Assembly: GCA_943788985.1 (NCBI GenBank)
Contig: CALSSJ010000022.1
Location: 32,001-96,000, forward strand
Length of the DNA stretch: 64,000 nucleotides
DNA from: an uncultured Lentisphaerales bacterium
Lineage (GTDB): Bacteria > Verrucomicrobiota > Lentisphaeria > JABSQK01 > UBA12247
Direction of reading: 5' to 3'
The notes under the pieces were generated by a model, which worked only from the letters and a program-made list of their open reading frames with translations, was not told the origin of the DNA and searched no databases. Made by a program: the position numbers and the translations under genes. Positions within the stretch are counted from its first letter, which is position 1; every line of letters starts with the position of its first letter. This document shows positions 30,399 through 40,642 of this stretch, piece after piece.

Positions 30399-31361
30399 AT
30401 GGCGGTCCTGCTCCTCGCGCAAGATGCATACGACCGGACGCAGATTAAATCTGCCCTGAGCGACGCTCTGGCGCAGTGGGGCGGGATCGAGCAGCTTCTG
30501 GCTGGAAAACAGCGAATCGTTCTGAAGCCTAACTTTGTAGTTCCCGAAGTGGCCGAGCATGCCGCGACGACCCATCCTGAATTTTACCTGGCAGTTGCCG
30601 AGCTTTTACTCGACCACGGGAAGCAGGTGACGATCGGCGAATCGCCTGCTTTCGGCAGTGCCGAGCAGGCGGTGACCATGCACGGCGCTCGGGAAGAGTG
30701 CCAGCGCCTCGGAGTTCAGGTGATGACCTTTCGGCAGGCGGCTGAGATTACTGGTGTGGCTGGCAGCAGCAGCTATCGCTCGCTGACGATTGCAGCTGAG
30801 CTTGCTGATTTCGACGCCATGATCAATCTTCCCAAGCTCAAAGTGCATCAGCAGTTCGTCTTTACCGCTGCGACCAAAAACTTGTATGGGTGTGTGACCG
30901 GAAAACGCAAGTTTGTGCGGCACAATCTCTGCCGTAACGATCCAACCATGTTTGCGCGGATGCTGCTACAGAACGCGGCAGCAGCGGCGCCAGTCCTGAA
31001 TATAGGGGATGGCATCGTCGCGATGCATGTCAAGGGCCCGCGCGGCGGCAAACCATTCCCGTTGCAACGCATTGTGGTCAGTGACTGCTATCTCGAACAC
31101 GACTGGGTTGCTGCGCGGTTGATTGGCCTGAAGGCAGCCGAAACTCCGCTGTTTGCCGCGCTGTCGGTTGCCGAGCGGAGGCAGCTGGCAGATAATTGTC
31201 AGGAAACTCTGGCTGATCCTCTTGCTGCGCCCGCCAAGGGCTTTCGTCAGAGCTACCGGGTGCCAATCAGCTTTGCGCCGCATCAATTTGCGCGCACTCT
31301 GTGGCGAAGCTGCCTCTTCCGGCTGCGGGAACTGCGGCGTCAGGCAGGCGAAACATCTTGA
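30399..31361 (+). CDS. DUF362 domain protein
   Basis: VLKPN, TTHPEF, IGESP, INLPKLKVH, KNLYGC..G, DGIVAM...GP. Confidence 0.85.
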   Translation: MAVLLLAQDAYDRTQIKSALSDALAQWGGIEQLLAGKQRIVLKPNFVVPEVAEHAATTHPEFYLAVAELLLDHGKQVTIGESPAFGSAEQAVTMHGAREECQRLGVQVMTFRQAAEITGVAGSSSYRSLTIAAELADFDAMINLPKLKVHQQFVFTAATKNLYGCVTGKRKFVRHNLCRNDPTMFARMLLQNAAAAAPVLNIGDGIVAMHVKGPRGGKPFPLQRIVVSDCYLEHDWVAARLIGLKAAETPLFAALSVAERRQLADNCQETLADPLAAPAKGFRQSYRVPISFAPHQFARTLWRSCLFRLRELRRQAGETS

Positions 31362-31386
31362 CAGCGTAGGTGAAGGTCGGTACAGT
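31358..31386 (+). promoter_or_regulatory. Sigma-70 promoter for the 31436 gene
   Basis: TTGACA-17 bp-TACAGT, followed by an AGGAG RBS. Confidence 0.65.
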
Positions 31387-31435
31387 ACTCATTCAAACTA
31401 ATATAGAGCCATGATTCCACCAGGAGAGTAGCCGG

Positions 31436-32629
31436 ATGGCCTTATTCAATCGCCTGCTAAGCGTATTTATTCTTATCGCCGCCGTTGTCGCGGTCGTATA
31501 CAGCTACAAGCTAGACCAAAAGCGCGACGCTTTGGTTCAGCACAGCGAAGACCTGGCTGCAGCCCTTCGGGCTACGGCTGAGGAGCTGTCCGTAGGCAGT
31601 GGAACTACCGAGCAAACCGAATTGAGCGAGGCCAAGATTGGTTGGCGTGCGTACAGTGAAGGATTCAATGTTGGCACCGGTGACAATCCGACCTTCAAGA
31701 CTACCGTTGGTAAGGCCGCAGACCAGGCCAAGAGGATTCGCGATCAGCGCGATGCACTGGGAGTAGCTTTGAAGGAAGTCGGCCAGATCTTCGACAAGGA
31801 AGTCGACCTAGCGCAGCTCACGAATATTGCTGAGTTCGAGGCAGCAGCCGCTGAGATTCGCAATGAAGTGGAGGCGAGCCGTCGTCGTGAGAATGACATA
31901 GCTGGCCAGTTTGAGAAGCTCGCGTTGGACGTGGGCTTTGATCAACTCGACAAGGACGCACTGATGAGCCAGCAGCGCTACCAGGAAGCCGTCGGCGATT
32001 TCTCCGACCACGTGCGGACGACCAATCAACGTGCAGATGGCTATGTCAGCGCCATCAAGGATATCACCACTAAAATCGACCAGTTCGACTTCCAAATGAA
32101 CATCGATATGCTGGATAATCCAGAGCAATACGAGCACGAGCTCACCGCATTGCGCGAGGACTACGCCAGTCTTAACGAGCAGCTTCAGGAGTTCGATCGT
32201 ACGCAGACTGAGCTGGCAGAGAAAGAGCGCGAATTCAATGACCTGACTATCCGCAACAGCGAGTTATCCGACAACGTCGCCCAGCTAGAAACCCAAGTCT
32301 CTACCCTGACAGCAGTTAACGGCGTGCTTGAGCAAAGGCTGCAAGAGTGTACGCAGGGCCCAGATCGCGACGAAAAAGAGAATCCCCTTGATGGTACGAT
32401 GATTCTTGGCGGAAAAGTGACGAGTGTGAATTACGAGTGGAACTACGTGATTATCGATATCGGTGCTCGTGATCTTCTGACCCCTTCCGTGGAATTCAAG
32501 GTGGCCCGTGGTACGGAGTTTATTTGCAATGTGAAGGTGAGCCGCGTCTACGAGGACTACGCGGTTGCCGAAGTTCTACCCGAGTTGATCAACGGAAAGA
32601 TTCTGGAGGGTGATCGTGTTATCCTCTAG
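31436..32629 (+). CDS. Membrane-anchored coiled-coil protein with a small C-terminal beta domain
   Basis: N-terminal TM helix, long E/Q/L-rich heptads, C-terminal GKVTSVNYEWNYVIIDIG...EGDRVIL. Confidence 0.8.
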   Translation: MALFNRLLSVFILIAAVVAVVYSYKLDQKRDALVQHSEDLAAALRATAEELSVGSGTTEQTELSEAKIGWRAYSEGFNVGTGDNPTFKTTVGKAADQAKRIRDQRDALGVALKEVGQIFDKEVDLAQLTNIAEFEAAAAEIRNEVEASRRRENDIAGQFEKLALDVGFDQLDKDALMSQQRYQEAVGDFSDHVRTTNQRADGYVSAIKDITTKIDQFDFQMNIDMLDNPEQYEHELTALREDYASLNEQLQEFDRTQTELAEKEREFNDLTIRNSELSDNVAQLETQVSTLTAVNGVLEQRLQECTQGPDRDEKENPLDGTMILGGKVTSVNYEWNYVIIDIGARDLLTPSVEFKVARGTEFICNVKVSRVYEDYAVAEVLPELINGKILEGDRVIL

Positions 32630-32740
32630 CATCACCCTCGCGCTGAACGCGCTCTGCCTCATCGCACTGGGCGCGCTGTTGTACTTCCAATTTCGGGAAG
32701 GCGCCGTGATCGAAGTTTCGCCCATGGATATTCTCGGCAA

Positions 32741-32893
32741 GTGAAACGTCTCGCCCTGTTATTTATTTTCGCCCTAGTAGCAGTCGGTTGCAGCTTCGTA
32801 GACCATGAACGCGTGCATAGCGATTCCGATGATAACCTCCCGTGGAACTCGCGTGCGGGATGGGAAGGAAGCGGCATAGGCGTCCCCTACTAA
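32741..32893 (+). CDS. Small lipoprotein (50 aa), absent from the ORF track
   Basis: GTG start; MKRLALLFIFALVAVGC has a lipobox, followed by SFVDHERVHSDSDDNLPWNSRAGWEGSGIGVPY*. Confidence 0.75.
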   Translation: MKRLALLFIFALVAVGCSFVDHERVHSDSDDNLPWNSRAGWEGSGIGVPY

Positions 32894-33053
32894 CGCCCTT
32901 GTCGGGCCAGTTGGGCCCTTGACGTGTTCCCGTTTTAGGCCGATCACTGCGTGGTTCTCGACCCGTGAATTTCATGATTGCGGCATATGCGCCGACCGGT
33001 ATCTTACCCGCTTCGCATTTTCATTCCCAAGTTGTCTCAGGAATATCCATAGA

Positions 33054-35702
33054 ATGATTATTAATCACCTGAACAGGTTTCTGGCCAAACACGGCAAGGT
33101 TACGTTCACGTTTATTGGCGTTGTGATGATCGTCCCCTTTGTTTTCGCTTTCGGGCCCGGTGGGTTCGGTAGCGGAGGGCAACGTCAGCGTGGAGCCGTG
33201 ATCGGGGAGATCGACGGGGCCAAGGTACTTGACGTCGATTTCACCGAGCAGCGTACGGCGTACATCATGCGGGCTCGTATCGATGGGGCCGCGCCAGTGG
33301 ACACTGTTGAGGCTGGCGCAATCAGTCGCCTACAGGCTCAAAAAATCATCAATAGGCAAAAGCTGGACCATATCCCGACCGACGAACTGCTGCAGCATGT
33401 TCACAACATGAGTCTGTTCCAGAAGCGTGAGGAAGGTCAGGCCACTGGTGCGTTTGACCAGGCCCAGTACGAAACGATCATGAAGTCCCTGCAAAAGCAA
33501 GGGATCAATCGTGGTGCCTTCCAGGAGTTGATGGAAGCCAATCTGGCGATTGCACGCTTGGAGCGTGGTGCGGCCGAGGCGGGAGTGATTTCCGACGCAG
33601 AAGCTCGTTTGCGCTTTCTGAATACCTTCACCAAGACAAAAGCGCACACCTTGACGCTCCGGGCAGCTGACTTCAGCGAAGATCTGGAGATCACCGATGA
33701 AGCGGCCGAGGCGTACTTTACGGACAACGCGGATCAGTACATGGTCCCTGAGCAATTTCAGCTGAAAGTGATCCGCTTCTCGACCGATGTTGCTGACGTT
33801 AGTGATGACGAGATTGAGGCCCATTTCGCGGCGAATGAAGCAGATCGTGAGCACCTCGAACTGCGTCATCTGGCGGTTGGTAAGCTCGGTATTGAGTCTG
33901 CACCGGAAGGCGGGGAGCCTGAGACCGTGCGGAAGCAGCGCGCGATGCGAAACAGCCAGAACCAGACCCAGAACGATATCAACAAAAAGAAGCTTGAAGC
34001 TGCCCTGAAGGAGCTCGAAGCTGGCAAGACCTTCGAAGAAGTGGCTGGGGAGCTGAATGCTGACTACACGAAAAACAACGGTGGTTCGCTTGGCTGGGTC
34101 GATGTCGACGGTGACGGCGGCCTGCAAGAGCGGTTTGGCGTAGCTGCGGCGACTGCCGTTCTAGCCTTGGGCGAAATTGGCGCCCGCACAAATATCGTTG
34201 CTGGCGAGAGCTACTTCCAAGCCTTTGAACTAGTGAGCCCAAAAAAGAAGAAGGAACTGGACGACACTCTGAAGTCCCGGATTCGGGGCAAGCTGCTGAA
34301 TGAGAAGCAGGAAGCCCAGGCCCGGGAACTCTATGGCGACGGCAGCAACTACCCGCAGGTTCGCCTCGCGCACATCCAACTCAACGTAGTAGATCCTGCC
34401 CAGGAGGCCAGTGTTCGCCAGCGTCTAGTCACGATGCGCGAAGATATTGTCAAGTTTGAGACACTGAACGCAGAGCTGCGCGCTCTGACGCCGCCGGTTG
34501 CTGATGCTAGCGAAGAAGACAAAGCGGCGCACACTGCAGAGCGGGAGCGCATTGAGAGCCAGCGGAAGAACCACAAGAGCTTCTTTCAGTACGCCACGAC
34601 CAGCGACGACGAAGCATCAAAGGCACGTGGCGGGCGCTTGCCCGGTGACTGGCAGAGCAAGTATGACAATCTTCCCCCTGGCGTCGCAACCGTCGGGCTG
34701 AGCATGAAGCGTGGCCAACTCAGTGACGTTGTGCCCGGGCAGGGCGCCTTTCACCTTGTCATGTGCCTGGACGACCGCACGGCTCCGTTCGACGAGATGA
34801 AGTGGCGCATCGTCGGTGACCTGCGCAAAGACAGCAAGAAAGCACAGGAACTCGCTGCCTACGATTTCTATGGTTTTCTCCAAGACAAGTTCGAGGGCAA
34901 TGCGGCATCATTCGAGAAAATTGCTGACGACTATAAGCCTGCGAAACTCAGCGTCAGCACCAGTGGCTACTTCGGCGATGGCGACAGCGAGATTCCGAAT
35001 GTGGCAGGTCGCCCGTTCATGCTGATCACCGAGGCACAGAAGCTGACCGCTACTGCCCCGCTGACTGGAATTGTGGACAACTACGACGCCTATTACATCG
35101 CCTGCTTTCTGGATAAGAAAGCCAGCACCGCCTCAAGCTTCTGGAAGACAGATGACAACGGTGAAAAGGTTCGCTCTCGTTTTGGCGACAAGGCCCATTC
35201 AGACCTCAAGAATGAGGAAGGCAGCAAGAAGGCCAAGGAGCGCGCGCAGGAGATTCAAGAGCAGGTCACCGAAGCTTTGACCCGCATGGAGTTTCAGGAT
35301 GCACTGGCTGAGCTTGAATTCCAGGATCGCGGCGAGTTCTTAGCTGTAATTGGCCCAACGACTGAATACCAAGGCCAGCCGCGCCCAGCATTCGATGCAG
35401 AGCCGGTGAAGACGTTGGCGGCCAAGCTGAAGGAAGGCGAGGTCGGGTTCGAGGAGACAGCATCCGGCGTATTGGTCGCCTTTATCGAGTCGCACACACT
35501 TCCAAATTTGTTTGAGCCAGTGGATTATGCTGGCGAGCAGATTGAGTTTGAAAGCTACAAGAAGTCACTGCAGACAAACTGGAAGGTCAATGGACTCAGC
35601 ATGTTCTATGAGCTTCTGAATGCGAAGTACCCGCTGGATGTAAGCAGCGATTGGGAGGATGTGTTCGAACCTTCCGAACCAGAAGTTCCCCCTTCCGAAT
35701 AA
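33054..35702 (+). CDS. PpiD/SurA-like membrane-anchored chaperone with two parvulin domains
   Basis: N-terminal TM helix, SurA-N-like region, LRHL...FEEVA...NGGSLGWV, and VRLAHI...SDDEASKARGG.L...FHLV. Confidence 0.8.
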   Translation: MIINHLNRFLAKHGKVTFTFIGVVMIVPFVFAFGPGGFGSGGQRQRGAVIGEIDGAKVLDVDFTEQRTAYIMRARIDGAAPVDTVEAGAISRLQAQKIINRQKLDHIPTDELLQHVHNMSLFQKREEGQATGAFDQAQYETIMKSLQKQGINRGAFQELMEANLAIARLERGAAEAGVISDAEARLRFLNTFTKTKAHTLTLRAADFSEDLEITDEAAEAYFTDNADQYMVPEQFQLKVIRFSTDVADVSDDEIEAHFAANEADREHLELRHLAVGKLGIESAPEGGEPETVRKQRAMRNSQNQTQNDINKKKLEAALKELEAGKTFEEVAGELNADYTKNNGGSLGWVDVDGDGGLQERFGVAAATAVLALGEIGARTNIVAGESYFQAFELVSPKKKKELDDTLKSRIRGKLLNEKQEAQARELYGDGSNYPQVRLAHIQLNVVDPAQEASVRQRLVTMREDIVKFETLNAELRALTPPVADASEEDKAAHTAERERIESQRKNHKSFFQYATTSDDEASKARGGRLPGDWQSKYDNLPPGVATVGLSMKRGQLSDVVPGQGAFHLVMCLDDRTAPFDEMKWRIVGDLRKDSKKAQELAAYDFYGFLQDKFEGNAASFEKIADDYKPAKLSVSTSGYFGDGDSEIPNVAGRPFMLITEAQKLTATAPLTGIVDNYDAYYIACFLDKKASTASSFWKTDDNGEKVRSRFGDKAHSDLKNEEGSKKAKERAQEIQEQVTEALTRMEFQDALAELEFQDRGEFLAVIGPTTEYQGQPRPAFDAEPVKTLAAKLKEGEVGFEETASGVLVAFIESHTLPNLFEPVDYAGEQIEFESYKKSLQTNWKVNGLSMFYELLNAKYPLDVSSDWEDVFEPSEPEVPPSE

Positions 35703-35708
35703 GACGCC

Positions 35709-37013
35709 TCAACGGCCGCTGCAGGATTGGCAAGGCCGCACCGGCTGCTTGATGATGAAGAGGTTCTTTGCGGACTCCGCAAAGTTGGCATCCTGATCCA
35801 CGGCGAAGGCGAAGGTTGTGGCGATGCTGCGCGTGAGCGGCGGCTCGGCCAGTTTCATGAACTGTTGCCGGTCGAGCTGCGCAGGGAGCTTGATCCAAGC
35901 TGAATCTCTAACGCCGCGGTAGAGCCCACTGGTGACCGTGCCGTCACCGCCGCGCATGAGACTGAGGTCGCCGCCGGAATTCATCCCGAATTGCAGGTCC
36001 CCCCAGAGGGAGGAAGCCGGCAGGTTCCCGTGGTCCGCTGCAAATACCCGCCGTGGATGCCCGGTTCTCGCTACCTGCTGCAGTGCGCGAAGTTCGTGCT
36101 CGGTGTACGAGAGGCGGTCGGCAAGAAGCCACCCTTGCACCAGCAGGCCGTAGCGCTGGCCCAGGTCCTCCAAAAGCTCCGTCGCGAATTCTGCACGCCG
36201 TGGCGCAACTGACGCACACCACTGAGCATCAGCCGCTGGCATGATGTCAAGGTAGACGATGAGCTGAACTGCCTGGTCACGCAGGGCCAGGCCAAGCTCT
36301 AGGATGAAGTCCTGCTCGGAGGTTCTTCCCGGCAGTATGCCATCAATGGCTGTGCTCGGGCCGGGAAAGTACCACTCGCGGCTGCCGACGGGCCAGACTA
36401 CCCAGCCAGCCCCGCTCGCACCAGCCTGGCTTGCAAACTCCGCAACATCGAAATGCTCGAGCGACAGGTGGGCAACAGCAAATTGGGGGGAAATGCCATA
36501 GCGAAGCTCTTTTAGCCACCCGCTCCGCTGCCGGGCGTCTGCGCCAGCGAGCCGTACAGGCTCCGAGCGTCCGTGTTGGATTAGCTCCAGCCCCAGAATT
36601 TTGGTTTCTGATTCGGGTAGGGCCTGTTCAAGCCGCAGCCGCCATGGCGCCGGTCCCTTCTTGAGGTGGCCAAGTACAACTGTCTGCCAGCCGCTGTCGG
36701 CAGTCTGGTAGCTGCGGGAGATGCCCTGGCTCTCTGCGATTTGGATCTTGACTCCGGCGGGCAGTTGGACGATGGCCACCGCGTGGTAGGTTCCCGGCTC
36801 GGGATTGAACTCAAGCCACTGTCTTGGGTCGGTCCAGCCACTGACCCAGCGTTTGTTTTCAGACGGCGAGTGCACGGCGGTCAGGCCATCGCCGCCGCAA
36901 TCCGCGGCGTCGGCATATAGGATGACGCGGTCCTGAGCGGCGGCCGCACTGGCCAGAATGAGGAGAAGGGCAGCTGTGTGGCTGGAAATCATAGGCTTTG
37001 TCAGCTGAATCAT
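35709..37013 (-). CDS. Secreted protein with a CBM-like N-terminal domain and a divergent alpha-L-fucosidase (GH29)-like barrel
   Basis: Signal peptide; FDVAEFA......GAGWVVW, YFPGP..AID.ILPGRTS..DFI.EL..AL, EDLGQRYG..VQGW. Confidence 0.55.
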   Translation of the reverse strand: MIQLTKPMISSHTAALLLILASAAAAQDRVILYADAADCGGDGLTAVHSPSENKRWVSGWTDPRQWLEFNPEPGTYHAVAIVQLPAGVKIQIAESQGISRSYQTADSGWQTVVLGHLKKGPAPWRLRLEQALPESETKILGLELIQHGRSEPVRLAGADARQRSGWLKELRYGISPQFAVAHLSLEHFDVAEFASQAGASGAGWVVWPVGSREWYFPGPSTAIDGILPGRTSEQDFILELGLALRDQAVQLIVYLDIMPAADAQWCASVAPRRAEFATELLEDLGQRYGLLVQGWLLADRLSYTEHELRALQQVARTGHPRRVFAADHGNLPASSLWGDLQFGMNSGGDLSLMRGGDGTVTSGLYRGVRDSAWIKLPAQLDRQQFMKLAEPPLTRSIATTFAFAVDQDANFAESAKNLFIIKQPVRPCQSCSGR

Positions 37014-37116
37014 GACGATATCTGAGCTAGTTTGCTTGAAGTGAACGTGGTGAGCAGTAAGCTACAGCCTTGATACACAATTGATGCACTAATCTGTTTG
37101 TTTCCCGAGGTCCTCC

Positions 37117-37599
37117 ATGGCTATGCTCCGCATGAAACTCAATAACGCGCTCTTTCCGGTCTCCGGAACCAGGACGGTTATTGGGCGCTCGATGGAGGCT
37201 GACGTGGTTGTGGATATCGTTCAGGATATCAGCCGGCAGCATTGCGCAATCTGCTTGAATGACGACGGCTCGTACTTGCTTGAGGATTTTGGTTCGCACA
37301 ACGGCACCTTCATCAACGACACTCAGATTTCGGGCGAGATCGATCTAAACAATGGAGATGTGCTCCGAGTTGGCAAGTACATTGAGTTCGTGTTTATGGC
37401 TTCTGTACCAAAGGCTGCGCCGCGGCGCGTCACGCCTACGGATTCTGATATTGCTGATTATCTGCGGAGCCGTGGGCCATCGCGTGGCCGCACACCGTCG
37501 ATCGCCACGATTGATGCATCGGACGATTCGCCGACAGCCCAGCAGGCAATGTCAGAATTTGCGTCCGCGGCACGAAAGTCGATGCGCAGGGACGGGTAG
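37117..37599 (+). CDS. FHA domain protein
   Basis: IGRS..AD, ISRQHC, DFGSHNGTFIN, LNNGDVLRVG; S/T-rich tail. Confidence 0.92.
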   Translation: MAMLRMKLNNALFPVSGTRTVIGRSMEADVVVDIVQDISRQHCAICLNDDGSYLLEDFGSHNGTFINDTQISGEIDLNNGDVLRVGKYIEFVFMASVPKAAPRRVTPTDSDIADYLRSRGPSRGRTPSIATIDASDDSPTAQQAMSEFASAARKSMRRDG

Positions 37600-37607
37600 G
37601 CCGCCGC

Positions 37608-38789
37608 TTACAGACCGTAGTAGTCGACGGCTCGTCCGGCCGCAAATGTGGTTTCCACGGCAGGCAACTGCACGAACCCGTCCGCAGCGCCAAATCCTGC
37701 CCAATCCCCACTGTTGCTGAGCCGCACTTGGACCGCGCCTTGCGGGCTAAGTCTAACGGGTAGAAAGCAGGTCAGGGCCGATACGAACTCCGCAGCCTCT
37801 GCCAAAGCGACTGGAAGCTGCCGTGGCTGTCGCTGAAACGCGGAATCCAGGAGCGGAATACCATAGCGGCGAAAGGCAGTGACAGCCGAGACTGGATTGC
37901 CGGGAAGGCCCAGGACTGCGGCGGAATTCTGGCTGTGCCAGCCTGCCCACATGGGCTTGCCAGGGCGTTGGAGGACGCCGTGAAACAGGCGCTCGACGCT
38001 AAGCTCGGCCAAAACCTCGGGCACGTAGTCGTACTTCCCCTTGGAAACACCACCGGAAAGCACCACCAAATCGGCTGTCTGCAAGGCGGTTTCAATGCAT
38101 TGGCGCATGATGGTCTGGTCATCGGGGACGACCTCGACGGACACGTTCGGAAAGCCATGGCTCCAAGCCAGCGCTTGAATGGCGCTGCCATTTGACTGCC
38201 GCAATTGATGTAGGGCGGGGGTTGCCTCAAGGGCAACCAGTTCGTTGCCACTGGCTAGCACGGCAATGCGCGGTGCTGCGACGGAGACTTGGGTGACACC
38301 GGTAGAGGCGAGGACCGCGAATTGCGAACTCCGCAACTGTTGGCCGGGACTAAGGAGGCGGTCCCCAGCGCTGTAGTCGGCTCCTCCGGGGTGGATGCAG
38401 TCTCCCACAGCGCATGGCTCGGTTATCTGTACGGTGTCCCCTGCGCGGGAGATATTCTCGACCGGGACGACGCAATCGGCGCCACTCGGAAGTATGGCAC
38501 CAGTCATGATCTCAAGGCAGACGTTTCCTTTCGGAAGGGCCGGGGGTACCTCGCCAGCGCCCACTGCTCCGACGATGGTCAATGCGTGTTCCGCGAACTC
38601 CGCGCGGAGCGCGATCCCATCCATGCGCACGACCGATGCTGCGGGGAGCGCTCGATCCGCTGCGATCGGCTCGGCAAGAATTCGGCCGACAGCTTGCGCT
38701 GCGGCTACTTGTGCGACTCGCGCATTCATTGTGATCTGACCGAGAAGTCGGTCGGCTTCTGCTACCGATATCATCTGCGCATTCTCCAA
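37608..38789 (-). CDS. moeA: Molybdopterin molybdotransferase
   Basis: GRILAE, MDGIA, IMTGA.LP.GADCVVP.E, SGNEL, SGGVSKG, GLPGNPVS. Confidence 0.93.
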   Translation of the reverse strand: MENAQMISVAEADRLLGQITMNARVAQVAAAQAVGRILAEPIAADRALPAASVVRMDGIALRAEFAEHALTIVGAVGAGEVPPALPKGNVCLEIMTGAILPSGADCVVPVENISRAGDTVQITEPCAVGDCIHPGGADYSAGDRLLSPGQQLRSSQFAVLASTGVTQVSVAAPRIAVLASGNELVALEATPALHQLRQSNGSAIQALAWSHGFPNVSVEVVPDDQTIMRQCIETALQTADLVVLSGGVSKGKYDYVPEVLAELSVERLFHGVLQRPGKPMWAGWHSQNSAAVLGLPGNPVSAVTAFRRYGIPLLDSAFQRQPRQLPVALAEAAEFVSALTCFLPVRLSPQGAVQVRLSNSGDWAGFGAADGFVQLPAVETTFAAGRAVDYYGL

Positions 38790-38902
38790 GTTCGTCTCAA
38801 CCCACGATAATAGGCCTGTTTCCGCAAGCCTTCAAGGGCTGTTGCACATCGTCGTTGGCCGTGCAGGTTACAGGCTCGACCAACCCGAGTTGAATTGGAT
38901 GA

Positions 38903-40066
38903 TTGCCCGTGATTACGACGGCTGAAGCCTTGGATGAGTTTGTCACACGCGCGCTTGAATGCGACGCGGTAGGCGTGGATACGGAGTTCTTCTGGGAGCG
39001 AACATTTGCGCCCATACTTGGCCTGATTCAGGTTTCGCTGGGCCCTGATGATTGCTACTTGATCGATCCGCTTGCGCTTAAGGATCTGACCCGTTTCGGA
39101 GACCTTTTGGCCGATAAAGGGACGGTGAAGATTCTGCACGATGCGCAGCAGGATCTGGCGATTCTGCAGCGATCGTGCGGGCAGGAGCCGCGCAATATTT
39201 TCGATACGCGGCTGGCGGCCGGCTTTGCGGGGCTGGCATCGACGCTTTCGTTGACCAATTTGTTGAATGAACTTCTGGGCGTGGACCTAGAGAAGGGCGA
39301 GCAGCGCTCGAACTGGCTGGCGCGGCCGTTGCGAGACAGCCAGTGCGTGTATGCGTCTGCCGACGTTGCCCACCTGCACCAGGCGCGCGAGATTCTGCTT
39401 GAGCGGATTGGAGACAACGCTGCGTGGCTTAACGAGGAACTGGCGACACTGGATACGCCAGGTTTGTATGCTGTGGAAACGCCAGAGGCGTATTTTAAGC
39501 GCATGCGTAAAGGGCGGTCAATTCCTGCGCGTGCTCGTGCGATTCTGCGCGAGTGTGTGCTTTGGCGCGAGACAGAGGCGGCGCATCGGGACCGGCCGCG
39601 CTCCCACGTGCTCAGCGACGATATTCTGGTGGCGATCGCTCGCGCGGAGCCGAAGGAGTCGGCAGACCTGCGGGTTGTGAAGGGATTTTCCGAACGCGCA
39701 GTGCAACGCTACGGCAGACATTTGTTGGGATTGGTCGAGAGCGCAGTGGCAACTGATCCAGCCACGTGGCCGGTGCCAGACCCGCAGGCCAAGGATTATG
39801 ACTTGTTGCAGGAACGGACCAAGCTGGCGCTGGCGGCGATCAAGCCTCGTGCCGAGGAGGTGCGCGTAGACTCGGCTCTAATGGGCGCGCGCGCGGCGAT
39901 CCAAAAGGTGATCCTGATGGGAGAGTCTGCGGATCCCGCAGATCATCGGATTCTGGCAGGCTGGCGCGCTGAATTCTTGACGCCAGCCATTCGCGAGTTG
40001 CTGGTGGGACAGCCAGCGATGGCGTTGGCCGGGGCGGGGCGGAGACGCTCGCGCATGCGAAAATGA
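38903..40066 (+). CDS. rnd: Ribonuclease D (DEDD exonuclease plus HRDC)
   Basis: GVDTEF..ERTF...LGLIQ, KILH....DL, FDT, SNW..RPL...Q..YA..DV. Confidence 0.92.
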   Translation: MPVITTAEALDEFVTRALECDAVGVDTEFFWERTFAPILGLIQVSLGPDDCYLIDPLALKDLTRFGDLLADKGTVKILHDAQQDLAILQRSCGQEPRNIFDTRLAAGFAGLASTLSLTNLLNELLGVDLEKGEQRSNWLARPLRDSQCVYASADVAHLHQAREILLERIGDNAAWLNEELATLDTPGLYAVETPEAYFKRMRKGRSIPARARAILRECVLWRETEAAHRDRPRSHVLSDDILVAIARAEPKESADLRVVKGFSERAVQRYGRHLLGLVESAVATDPATWPVPDPQAKDYDLLQERTKLALAAIKPRAEEVRVDSALMGARAAIQKVILMGESADPADHRILAGWRAEFLTPAIRELLVGQPAMALAGAGRRRSRMRK

Positions 40067-40563
40067 GCACACGCTGTACGCTCGGATTAGCGGTCGTCCT
40101 AGCGGCGACGCTGTCAGGCTGCGCGCTCGAATGGGAGGCGGTGCAGGGGGAGATTAGGGAGCAGTTTCCGGACGTCCGGCAACTGACCATCGAGGAGCTG
40201 CGAGCGTTGCAGGCCGAAGACGGGCGTGAGATCATGCTGCTGGACGTGCGCGCCATCGAGGAGTATGCGATCAGCCATCTTCCGGGTGCGCTGCATACAC
40301 CGACTGAGGAGTCCGCACTTTGCGAACTCCGCAAATCCTCATCGGCAACCCTTGCGGTGCTGTACTGCTCGGTTGGTTGGCGCTCGTCGCAGATGGCATC
40401 GTCCCTGGAGGCGTCCTGCGAGCTTGCCAATCTTGAGGGGTCAATTTTCGCCTGGGCCAACGCGGGCTATCCGCTGGTTGGAGAGGATGGCCCGGCCCGG
40501 GCTGTACACCCGTATAATGAACGCTGGGGGGCTCTATTGAAGCGAGAGCTTCGCGCAGACTGA
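40063..40563 (+). CDS. Rhodanese-like lipoprotein
   Basis: LSGC lipobox; LLDVR..EEY..SHLPGA, YCSVGWRS, NLEGSIFAW. Confidence 0.88.
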   Translation: MSTRCTLGLAVVLAATLSGCALEWEAVQGEIREQFPDVRQLTIEELRALQAEDGREIMLLDVRAIEEYAISHLPGALHTPTEESALCELRKSSSATLAVLYCSVGWRSSQMASSLEASCELANLEGSIFAWANAGYPLVGEDGPARAVHPYNERWGALLKRELRAD

Positions 40564-40642
40564 TCGGTCGAGGCTTATCTTTCGTAGGGCGCGGCTTCCA
40601 GCGCGCACTTCTGCGAGGAAAGGCGGGCTAGACGCGATGGCA

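Noticed and set aside
31436..32629. Phage tape-measure or SMC protein
   Set aside because: No Walker motifs and no phage genes; it has a host-type promoter and an N-terminal TM helix.
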